64,000 nt of DNA. It comes from Bradymonadales bacterium. GTDB lineage: Bacteria > Bdellovibrionota > UBA2394. Each line of letters starts with the position of its first letter. The first letter of the stretch is position 1. Positions 56,609 to 64,000 of the stretch are shown here, piece after piece. The stretch lies in assembly GCA_007693605.1 (NCBI GenBank), contig REDG01000046.1, positions 1 through 64,000 on the forward strand, in the 5' to 3' direction. Position numbers and translations under genes: made by a program. Under the pieces are notes generated by a model. The model did not search any database. It saw only the letters and a program-made list of their open reading frames with translations, and was not told the DNA's origin.

Positions 56609-58189
56609 ATGAGCGCCCAGGCCTGCCCTCGTTGTGGTGAACGACTTCGTCGAGAGGCGCGACAATGTAGACATTGCTTAGAAAATGTCTCGCTTGAGGC
56701 CTGGCTCAAAAGACCACTCTCCGACCGAGAGGCCTACGCCTTCTTTCGAGGCTGGCAGAACCTGCATTACGAGAATGCTGAGAAGGTCAATTGGAGCGAC
56801 TACTCCAGCGCCAAAAGAGAGTTGAGCTCTCCACCAAAGAGGGCTCTCGTGTCTGAACTTTCGCTGGCTCAGTTTGAGGATTTTGAGAGCCGATTTTCAG
56901 ACTACCCCATTGAAAAACGAGCAAAGATCGTTTCCAGCCCCGAGTTGGAGCCAAAGACTTCTAAGCCGTCTCAAGTCTATCGAGTTTTGGTGGGTGTAGC
57001 CGCAGTATCTCTTATCATTGTGTCTGCTCTTGTCTGGAGTGAGCGACTGTCGGAAGAGGCTCCTCGAACGGAGCTGTCGCAGAGTTCGGGGCAGGACTTT
57101 GAGTTTCGTTTTGATCTTCAGCCCGAAGCCGAAACCAAGACCCGCGAGCCAGTTCATCACCAAGAGCCCAGTCTCATTCCCTCTCCGGTTGATCCCCAGG
57201 TTCAAATTGAGAGAGCTCTAAACTCCACCGTCTTCATTCGAGATGCCGGAGGTCTAGGCTCCGGATTTTTCATCTCCGCCGACGGTCATCTGCTCACCAA
57301 CTACCATGTGATCGAAAAAATGGAGTCTCCAAGAGTCATTCTGCGAGATGGGAGGGAGTTTCGAGGAGAAGTCTTGGCAAGGGATCAAAGTCGAGACTTA
57401 GCCCTCCTAAAAGTTCCCGCCCACGGGCTGAGCTACCTCCGCATGGGGGATGCTCATCGCCTCTACCCCGGAGAAAGCGTACTAACGATCGGAAATCCTG
57501 CTGGCCTGAGTTTTACACTCACCAAAGGGGTTGTCAGCTTTGTTGGTCGACCCATTGGCTCTGTTCTCTATATTCAAACCGACTCCGCGATCAACCCCGG
57601 AAACAGTGGCGGCCCGATGATCAATCAAAACTTCGAAGTGGTTGGAGTCAACACCCTAACGGCAAGAGTTGAGAAAGGAATCTCTTTCTCCGTACCCATC
57701 AACTACGCCTATCATGGAATCGCCTCTGGGCTCGGAGACTACCCCAAAGACGCTCCCCCTTTTCAGAATGCCCCAAACTCAGGGAGATCTATCGCTTCAA
57801 ACGATCCCAGGGCCCCAGGCTCTAGCAGTGATATCCCCTACGAGAGAGAACTGTTTCAATTGCAGAACCAAGCAGAACAGCGCATTCAAGAGCTTAAGAG
57901 ACGGGCACGAGGCCTCACATCGCAAGCGGTTCAATTGCACCAAGATCTTCAGAAGAGTCGAATTCTTCATGAGAGACAAAGACTGCAATCTCAGCTCAAA
58001 GAGACAGAGACTGAAATTGAAAGGATCAGCCGAGAGGTCACCCAAGAGCGCATTCGCTTCATTCGACGAGTAGTGGCCGTTTTACAACGGCAACTGGGAG
58101 ACTCCAATCTGATAGCCTATCGACAAGAAATTCAGTCGAGAATTCAGGAGCTTGAACAACAGCGACGCACTCTCGAAATGAATCTATAG
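56609..58189 (+). CDS. Trypsin-like (S1C) serine protease with N-terminal Zn ribbon, TM and C-terminal coiled coil
   Basis: CPRC..CRHC; GSGFFI, TNYHVI, DLALL, DSAINPGNSGGP; no PDZ recognisable. Confidence 0.88.
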   Translation: MSAQACPRCGERLRREARQCRHCLENVSLEAWLKRPLSDREAYAFFRGWQNLHYENAEKVNWSDYSSAKRELSSPPKRALVSELSLAQFEDFESRFSDYPIEKRAKIVSSPELEPKTSKPSQVYRVLVGVAAVSLIIVSALVWSERLSEEAPRTELSQSSGQDFEFRFDLQPEAETKTREPVHHQEPSLIPSPVDPQVQIERALNSTVFIRDAGGLGSGFFISADGHLLTNYHVIEKMESPRVILRDGREFRGEVLARDQSRDLALLKVPAHGLSYLRMGDAHRLYPGESVLTIGNPAGLSFTLTKGVVSFVGRPIGSVLYIQTDSAINPGNSGGPMINQNFEVVGVNTLTARVEKGISFSVPINYAYHGIASGLGDYPKDAPPFQNAPNSGRSIASNDPRAPGSSSDIPYERELFQLQNQAEQRIQELKRRARGLTSQAVQLHQDLQKSRILHERQRLQSQLKETETEIERISREVTQERIRFIRRVVAVLQRQLGDSNLIAYRQEIQSRIQELEQQRRTLEMNL

Positions 58190-58242
58190 TTTTTTGGGCA
58201 ATTCTTATTCTCAAGCATATACGCATTCGATAGGCTTCTGGA

Positions 58243-58878
58243 ATGAATCACCAGGGCCTGCTTGTGAGCTTTGAGGGCGGCGAAGCCGTCGGAAAATCCA
58301 CCCAGATCAAATTGCTTTTCAAAGCCCTCAAGAAAAAGGGCTACAAAGTCTATTTGACCAGAGAACCCGGAGGCACCCGACTTGGAGAAAAGATTCGAAA
58401 GCTCGTTAAGACCCAAAACATGAGCATCGAAGCCGAGCTTTTCTTGATTGAAGCCAGCCGCTCAGAACTGGTAGACAAGGAAATCCTCCCTCGACTGAAA
58501 AAATCAGAGGTCGTGCTCTGCGATCGATTTCAGGAATCCAGCTTGGTTTATCAATCCCTCTTGGGAGGAATTGCTTGGAAGTCGGTCAAGGATCTGAATC
58601 AACTCGCCACTCAAGGCCTCAAGTCCGACCTCGTTGTTTGGTTGGATCTTCCTGAGAAGGCCCTTAAAGGCCGCTTAAGGAAGAGATCGAAGAAACCCAA
58701 AAAGGACAAATTTGACTCCAGAGACTTTGAGTTTCACTCTAGGCTCTTGAGAGCCTATCGGAAGCTCGCTGCCAAGCAGAAGAGCCCCCCGATCAAGCGC
58801 TTTCGAGCAGATCAATCAGAAACTGCGCTTCACAAACAGATTCTAAAAGAGGTCGAAAAACGCCTCAAAAGTCGCTAG
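58243..58878 (+). CDS. tmk: Thymidylate kinase
   Basis: FEGGEAVGKSTQ, TREPGGT, LCDRF. Confidence 0.93.
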   Translation: MNHQGLLVSFEGGEAVGKSTQIKLLFKALKKKGYKVYLTREPGGTRLGEKIRKLVKTQNMSIEAELFLIEASRSELVDKEILPRLKKSEVVLCDRFQESSLVYQSLLGGIAWKSVKDLNQLATQGLKSDLVVWLDLPEKALKGRLRKRSKKPKKDKFDSRDFEFHSRLLRAYRKLAAKQKSPPIKRFRADQSETALHKQILKEVEKRLKSR

Positions 58879-58905
58879 GCTCTCAGGAACCTAGAACCAA
58901 AATTA

Positions 58906-59664
58906 ATGCTGATCGAATGTCTAAAAAGAAAATCCTTTCCCTCCCCCCTTCTGATTGAAGGTCGTGAGCTTTCTGGCATTCTCTTGGATTATAAGAGGTT
59001 TGCTCTTTGTGAAACTCAGACGGCCTGCGGTGATTGCCGATCTTGCAAACAGGTCTTGAAGGCTTTTCATCCTGACCTGCTAGAGGCCAAAGGAGATCTG
59101 AAGATGGAAGAGCTCAGAAGCCTCTTGCATCGACTTCGACAAAAACCCCTGCAATCAAAGGCTCGACTTCTTTGCCTCACGGAATTCCAGATGGCCAGCA
59201 AACAAGTTCAGAACGCTTTGTTGAAAACTTTGGAGGAACCCCTTGAGTCTTGGCTGATCGTTCTTAGCACTCAGTCCGCAGGCAAGGCGCTTCCGACCCT
59301 AAGATCTCGTTGCCTCGTCTTTCGTATGGGTTCCGAAGAGTCTGAAGCAAAAGCCCCTCTCTCTGAATTAGAAGCGGAAATTTTTGAACTCATTCAAGAA
59401 GAACGGGATTGGGTTCTACAGCAAAAGATCGAGAGCTGCCTGAAAAAGAGGGAGCAGTCTCGATCCGTATTTAGTCGGCTCTTACAAAAGGCCTCAGAGA
59501 AAAACTATCCGGGGCATTGGCTTTATCTTTCAGAGCCCTTGCTAGAGGCGATTGAACAGCTAGACAGAAACTTGAATCCAAAAACCTGCTGGGAATTCGC
59601 TTGGACGAGGAGCTTGCAAGAGGCCAAGAAGCTTCGCTTCTCTGGAAGGCGCCTCTCTCTGTAG
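58906..59664 (+). CDS. holB: DNA polymerase III delta-prime subunit (short, divergent)
   Basis: CGDCRSC, HPD, NALLKTLEEP, PTLRSRC; tmk-holB-tatD order. Confidence 0.85.
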   Translation: MLIECLKRKSFPSPLLIEGRELSGILLDYKRFALCETQTACGDCRSCKQVLKAFHPDLLEAKGDLKMEELRSLLHRLRQKPLQSKARLLCLTEFQMASKQVQNALLKTLEEPLESWLIVLSTQSAGKALPTLRSRCLVFRMGSEESEAKAPLSELEAEIFELIQEERDWVLQQKIESCLKKREQSRSVFSRLLQKASEKNYPGHWLYLSEPLLEAIEQLDRNLNPKTCWEFAWTRSLQEAKKLRFSGRRLSL

Positions 59665-59676
59665 TATGGAGTTGAA

Positions 59677-60489
59677 ATGCTGAAAACTTCCCGTTGGATC
59701 GACACTCACGCCCACTTAAGCTCAGATGATTTCGAGAAAGATCGACAAGAGGTCCTTCAGCGCGCCCTTGAAACCTGTGAGTATCTTGTAGAGATTGGGG
59801 CAGGCACTGCCGAAGACGCGCCCATTCGAGCTAAAGCCTTGGCGGAAGAAAACGATCGAATTTTTTTTACGGCCGGAGTGCATCCACACGACGCCAAAGA
59901 AGTTTCTTCCGAAGACAATCTGAGGCAAGTCATCACTCCCCATTTTTCTCACCCCAAATGCGTGGCCGTCGGAGAGTGTGGGCTCGACTATCACTACGAC
60001 AACTCTCCTCGAGACAAGCAACGAGAAGTTTTCAGTTGGCAGATTGGTTTTGCAAAGGAGTTTTCATTACCTCTGAGTATTCACAGCCGTGAGGCTGAAG
60101 AAGACACCAAAAAGGCTCTGACAGACTTCGACGGGCAGGCCGTCTTTCACTGCTTCACCGGCAGCTGGGACATGGCTCGCTTCGGAGTTGAAAAGGGCTT
60201 CTTCATTTCTTTTTCGGGCATCGTGACCTTCAAGGCGGCGAAGGACTTGCAAGAGACCGTGAAAAAGCTTCCCTTAGAGAATCTTCTCGTTGAAACAGAT
60301 GCACCCTTTCTTGCCCCCATCCCGATGCGAGGAAAGAGAAATGAGTCGAGCTTTATCGAACATACTGCGGACTTTATTGCCAAACTGCGGGGGATCGATC
60401 CTCAGGAGTTGTCGATGAAGCTGAAGCAGAACTCGCTTCGGCTCTTCTCAAAAATCTCAGAGTGGTCTGATCGGAAGATGGGCCCCTAG
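59677..60489 (+). CDS. tatD: TatD family DNase
   Basis: DTHAHL, GVHPH, VGECGLDY, IHSRE, FHCF, ETDAPF. Confidence 0.94.
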   Translation: MLKTSRWIDTHAHLSSDDFEKDRQEVLQRALETCEYLVEIGAGTAEDAPIRAKALAEENDRIFFTAGVHPHDAKEVSSEDNLRQVITPHFSHPKCVAVGECGLDYHYDNSPRDKQREVFSWQIGFAKEFSLPLSIHSREAEEDTKKALTDFDGQAVFHCFTGSWDMARFGVEKGFFISFSGIVTFKAAKDLQETVKKLPLENLLVETDAPFLAPIPMRGKRNESSFIEHTADFIAKLRGIDPQELSMKLKQNSLRLFSKISEWSDRKMGP

Positions 60490-60507
60490 AGGCTTGGGGA
60501 AGTTGAT

Positions 60508-61539
60508 ATGAAACTGAATCCTTCTAAAGATTTTTTGTTGGTTACCGGAGGTTGCGGCTATATTGGATCTCATACGACCGTCGTTCTCCAAAAGGCTGGG
60601 TTTCAGGTTCTGATTCTGGACAATTTGAAGAACAGCAAGCCGAAGGTTCTTTCTCGTATTCAAGAGATTACAGGTCAGAGACCGGAGTTTGTCGAAGGAG
60701 ACATTCGAGACGCCAAAGGCTTAGAGGCTTTGTTTCAGAAGTATCGAGTTTCGGCTTGCCTTCATTTTGCCGGACTCAAAGCTGTGGGAGAATCCGTTGA
60801 ACAGCCCTTGAACTACTACGAAAATAATGTGCAAGGCAGCCTTCAGCTTTTTAAGGCGATGAAGGAAGCGGGAGTAAAGCGACTTGTGTTTTCTTCGTCT
60901 GCGACTGTTTACGGACAGCCCAAAAGCTTGCCTCTCTCTGAGTCTGCCAGTCGTCAGGCGGAAAATCCCTATGGCCAAACCAAGCTCATGATCGAACATA
61001 TTTTGGAAGATCTATGCCGATCAGACTTGGATTGGAGCGTGATGAGTCTCCGCTACTTTAATCCGGTCGGCGCTCACCCGAGTGGAATGATCGGGGAAGA
61101 CCCCTTAGGAATTCCCAACAACCTAATGCCCTATATTTCACAGGTGGCCGTCGGCCGAAGAAAGAAGCTTCAAGTTTTTGGCAATGACTATCCCACTTCA
61201 GATGGAACGGGGATCAGAGACTATATTCATGTGATGGATTTAGCAGAAGGACATTTGGCCGCTCTACGAGCCGCTTTCGAATCGACCGGCTTTCAGGCCC
61301 TGAATCTTGGCACCGGAAAGGCTGCGTCTGTTCTTGAACTTGTGCAAGCTTTTGAACAGGCCTCTGGAGTCAAGATTGACTACGAAATCGTTCAGCGAAG
61401 ACCCGGTGATATCGCAGAGTGCTGGGCCGACCCTCGTCTTGCCCGAGAGAAGCTAAACTGGAGTTGTCAGAGAGGCCTTATTGAAATGTGCGCTGATTCA
61501 TGGAACTGGCAGCAAAAGAATCCACAGGGCTACGATTAA
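60508..61539 (+). CDS. galE: UDP-glucose 4-epimerase
   Basis: TGGCGYIGSH, HFAGLKAVGES, SSSATVYG, YGQTK, LRYFNPVGAH. Confidence 0.96.
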   Translation: MKLNPSKDFLLVTGGCGYIGSHTTVVLQKAGFQVLILDNLKNSKPKVLSRIQEITGQRPEFVEGDIRDAKGLEALFQKYRVSACLHFAGLKAVGESVEQPLNYYENNVQGSLQLFKAMKEAGVKRLVFSSSATVYGQPKSLPLSESASRQAENPYGQTKLMIEHILEDLCRSDLDWSVMSLRYFNPVGAHPSGMIGEDPLGIPNNLMPYISQVAVGRRKKLQVFGNDYPTSDGTGIRDYIHVMDLAEGHLAALRAAFESTGFQALNLGTGKAASVLELVQAFEQASGVKIDYEIVQRRPGDIAECWADPRLAREKLNWSCQRGLIEMCADSWNWQQKNPQGYD

Positions 61540-61540
61540 G

Positions 61541-61564
61541 AGATGAGCCTTTAGCGCCACCCTC
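61541..61564 (+). repeat. Family A repeat end encoding the last codons and stop of lgt
   Basis: AGATGAGCCTTTAGCGCCACCCTC; on the minus strand reads GGWR-TAA. Confidence 0.7.
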
Positions 61565-62330
61565 CTCTTTTATAAAGCCGAGCCCAGAATAGATATACGA
61601 TCGTCGCCAAAGCGAGAATCGAAATGATCTGAGAGGTCGAGATCGAATCTTGAAGATAGAGACCTCGATCTTTGTCCCCCCTCAAAAACTCTAGAAAAAA
61701 TCGAAACACGGCATAGGAGCCCCCTCCGACAAGGGCCAAGAAGCCTGGCTTCAGGTTCGTTCTGCGCCCCCAGATGATCAGAGTCAAACACAGACCAAAG
61801 GCAAAAAGAGATTCCAAAATTTGAGTGGGATGCAAAACTAGATGACTTGGAGCTGCAGCTTCAGGCTTCCTAAAAATAATCCCCCACCACCAATCGGTGA
61901 CCGATCCGTAGCAACACCCGGCTGAGAGACAGCCTAAACGACCAATCCCCAAGCCAAGAAAGAAACTTGTCACTAAAAGATCAGCCCAAGTCCAAAGATC
62001 TTGGCCCCTTCGCTTTAAGACAAAAATGGCGACCGGCACAGAGGCCAAGACTCCCCCATACAAGACAAAACCACCCTGCCAAAAGTAGAGGACGGCCAGA
62101 GGATTCTCTAGATAATAGTCGAAGGCCTCAAAGAAAATGTGGAAGAGCCTCGCCCCCAAAAACCCAGAAATGAACAACAATATTCCTAAATCGATTGCCA
62201 GAACAGGCGACAAAGACTTTGACCGAGCCAATCGACTGAGCAGTAAAATGCCAAAAAAGAAGGCCGACAGATAAAGTAAAAAGTAAGTGGGAGTCTCAAT
62301 GATCGTTTCACTAAATAGAACCGGAAGCAT
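61551..62330 (-). CDS. lgt: Prolipoprotein diacylglyceryl transferase
   Basis: GARLFHI, GGFVLYGG, IGRLGCLSAGCCYG, HPTQILES, RFFLEFLRGD. Confidence 0.95.
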   Translation of the reverse strand: MLPVLFSETIIETPTYFLLYLSAFFFGILLLSRLARSKSLSPVLAIDLGILLFISGFLGARLFHIFFEAFDYYLENPLAVLYFWQGGFVLYGGVLASVPVAIFVLKRRGQDLWTWADLLVTSFFLGLGIGRLGCLSAGCCYGSVTDWWWGIIFRKPEAAAPSHLVLHPTQILESLFAFGLCLTLIIWGRRTNLKPGFLALVGGGSYAVFRFFLEFLRGDKDRGLYLQDSISTSQIISILALATIVYLFWARLYKRGGWR

Positions 62331-62333
62331 GCA

Positions 62334-62858
62334 TCAACTCGCTCTCAGTCGCCTCTTTTGAAGCCATTGCCAAAAGACAGTTCCTAAAATCAGAACGACC
62401 CCCACGCTGATTGCAGAGTCAGCCACATTGAAAGCCGGCCAGCTGAAGTTTCGGTAAAACACATGCACAAAATCAGTGACCTCGCCAAAGAAAACTCGAT
62501 CAATCACATTTCCAAGGGCTCCACCCAGAATCAAAGACAGGCCGATTCTCTGAAGCCTCTCACGCACAGGCGTGGAACCAAGCCAGTTCAACAACAACCA
62601 AACACAAACCAAGGTGACGATACCGAAGAAGATCGCTCGAAAGGCCGGACTCGCATCATGAAAAATACCAAAAGCCGCCCCTCGGTTCTTGATGTGAACG
62701 AGTTCGAAAAAACTCAAAAGCTCAATCTTCGACCCCAAAGGCATCGTCCAAATCACAATCCACTTAGTGAGTTGATCTAAAACCAAGACGCCAAAGCAAA
62801 TCCAAATATGCAGAGGGGATCTCAAAAGCTTCCAATCAAATTTCTGTGCCGCGTTCAA
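62334..62858 (-). CDS. lspA: Lipoprotein signal peptidase II; start inferred at TTG 62858
   Basis: DQLTK, NRGAAFG, GGALGNVIDR, VTDF, FNVADSAI; TTGA overlap with the upstream stop gives 174 aa. Confidence 0.92.
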   Translation of the reverse strand: MNAAQKFDWKLLRSPLHIWICFGVLVLDQLTKWIVIWTMPLGSKIELLSFFELVHIKNRGAAFGIFHDASPAFRAIFFGIVTLVCVWLLLNWLGSTPVRERLQRIGLSLILGGALGNVIDRVFFGEVTDFVHVFYRNFSWPAFNVADSAISVGVVLILGTVFWQWLQKRRLRAS

Positions 62859-63721
62859 ATCTTCACCAATTCTTTCTCTGATCTTAAGCTGTTTTTCAGT
62901 TGGTCGCGAAAGGATGCCTGTAGCTCCATTGTGCCATGAAATTCTTTCCAATAGTAGCTTCGGCCAATCAAGTCTCTCAGCTCTTGAATGGGCAAAAGCT
63001 CCTTCAGAGTAGACAGGGCAAAAATCTCGTCGATCTCTCCTAATCTTTCCCAGCTCCAAGCTTCTTCTTTTACATTCTCGACGCGAAGAAAGTGCTCTCG
63101 TGTCACTCCCTTCAGAATGCCCATCTCCAGAGGCGGTGTGTACAAAGTCGACTTTGAAATCCATGCAATATTGCTTGTCGTGAGTTCACAAAGCGAATCA
63201 TCTAAACTCAAAAACAAGGCATCTTCATAGCCTGCATCAAGCGCCTCATGATAAGCCATCACGCTGTTCAAATAGTTTCCGCTCTTGATGGCTGGGTCGA
63301 GTGTTCTCGGATGATTGCGACGCACACTCGGAATCATGACTCGAAAGGGCTTGAGTGTCTCCTGTGCAGGAAGCTCCCATATCGCCATAAAAACTTGGGG
63401 GCTCTTACAGGTGGTAGGGTTGATGTGCAAAATCCCTTCCCCCCGAGTGATGATAATTCTCAGGGCCGCTTCAGGCTTAGCAAAAGCCTTGACCAGTTTT
63501 TCCGCCTGGGGCCTTAGGTTGGTCCGAAGGCCTTCAAATGAAAACTTCAAGCGACCGGCACTTCGCTCCAATCGATCAAAGTGCTCTTGCCAAGCAAAGA
63601 ATCTGCCTTGATAGATGCGCACCACCTCGTAAATGGAATCTCCAAACAAAAAACCATGATCTAAAATCGAAAGATTTGGGGGATCGGCCACAATCTCGCC
63701 CTTTTGATTCAAGAACAACAT
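62855..63721 (-). CDS. PLP-dependent aminotransferase class IV (branched-chain/D-amino acid aminotransferase or ADC lyase-like)
   Basis: DHGFLFGDSIYE, HFDRLERSA, IKSGNYL, GILKGVTR; start ATG 63721 (ORF open from 63757). Confidence 0.9.
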   Translation of the reverse strand: MLFLNQKGEIVADPPNLSILDHGFLFGDSIYEVVRIYQGRFFAWQEHFDRLERSAGRLKFSFEGLRTNLRPQAEKLVKAFAKPEAALRIIITRGEGILHINPTTCKSPQVFMAIWELPAQETLKPFRVMIPSVRRNHPRTLDPAIKSGNYLNSVMAYHEALDAGYEDALFLSLDDSLCELTTSNIAWISKSTLYTPPLEMGILKGVTREHFLRVENVKEEAWSWERLGEIDEIFALSTLKELLPIQELRDLIGRSYYWKEFHGTMELQASFRDQLKNSLRSEKELVKI

Positions 63722-64000
63722 GCGTCTAAGCCTAGTCTTGGTGTCTGAAAAATCCAAGAAAAAGCAGGGCCTTTGCGACGCGGCAAGACCGAATTCAATA
63801 GCCTGCCTATAATGAAGGGGTGAAGTGCTTTAAGGCCTCTTCTGAGGAACCAGAAATTCTCCTTTTTGACTCGGTGGATGAGATCCGAAAGGAGCTGGGC
63901 TTCGTTGGAACTCATGGGGTCTTTGACCCCAATGAGTTTAAGATCTATGCCACTCTGCAAAGTCTTCCTCACGAAATTGGACATTATAAAGACTTCCGTT
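63709..64000 (-). CDS. Hypothetical protein, possibly the 3' end of a gene entering from beyond the window
   Basis: Frame is open from the window edge and overlaps the aminotransferase start; no motif recognised. Confidence 0.35.
   Translation of the reverse strand, partial: TEVFIMSNFVRKTLQSGIDLKLIGVKDPMSSNEAQLLSDLIHRVKKENFWFLRRGLKALHPFIIGRLLNSVLPRRKGPAFSWIFQTPRLGLDACCS

Noticed and set aside
58906..59664. holB as a pseudogene
   Set aside because: Short and without a clear Walker A, but delta-prime is normally divergent there; frame intact with Zn and SRC motifs.
60476..60493. AGATGGGCCCCTAGAGGC at the tatD stop as a family A copy
   Set aside because: Short, degenerate and opposite to the usual polarity; mentioned only as a possible remnant.
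321..61564. Family A repeats as a CRISPR array
   Set aside because: Copies are dispersed, variable in length and not separated by regular spacers; no cas genes.
62859..63164. N-terminal extension of LspA
   Set aside because: Lies in another frame inside the aminotransferase gene; TTG 62858 gives a normal length.
1..64000. tRNA, rRNA or riboswitch genes
   Set aside because: No cloverleaf, rRNA-like or known riboswitch pattern recognised in intergenic DNA; an Infernal scan is needed to exclude them.

Overview
Bacterial chromosomal window, mostly housekeeping genes: lipoyl/2-oxoacid dehydrogenase, acc, murF, yebC-ruvCAB, tmk-holB-tatD, galE and lgt-lspA. A Myxococcus-like type IVa pilus locus (pilHI-pilD-pilS2/R2-minor pilins-pilMNOPQ-accBC-sgmX-like) suggests, by inference, a Bdellovibrionota/Myxococcota-related, possibly predatory host. 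Non-routine structure read from the DNA: (1) a 2.25-kb integrase-less islet with an AbiEi/AbiEii-type type IV toxin-antitoxin pair, bounded by a 90-bp direct repeat that duplicates the 3' end of a degenerate GGDEF gene, with two perfect AT-rich palindromes, a sigma70 promoter and an IHF-consensus site upstream; (2) at least 13 copies of a structured MITE/REP-like repeat (up to 194 bp, 26-bp terminal inverted repeats, covarying stems) whose conserved end usually abuts or supplies a stop codon in one polarity; (3) a minimal Tad/Kil-like cluster (RcpA-type secretin, FHA-CpaF ATPase, apparently fused TadB/C, FHA-TM protein, TPR-PilZ); (4) putA split into two overlapping frames at a CTT-TAA junction after a 31-nt purine tract; (5) an unlisted 50-aa XapX paralogue and a 155-bp inverted-repeat element. 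No tRNA, rRNA, CRISPR array, integrase or transposase was recognised. All calls come from motif recognition by eye; no searches were run.
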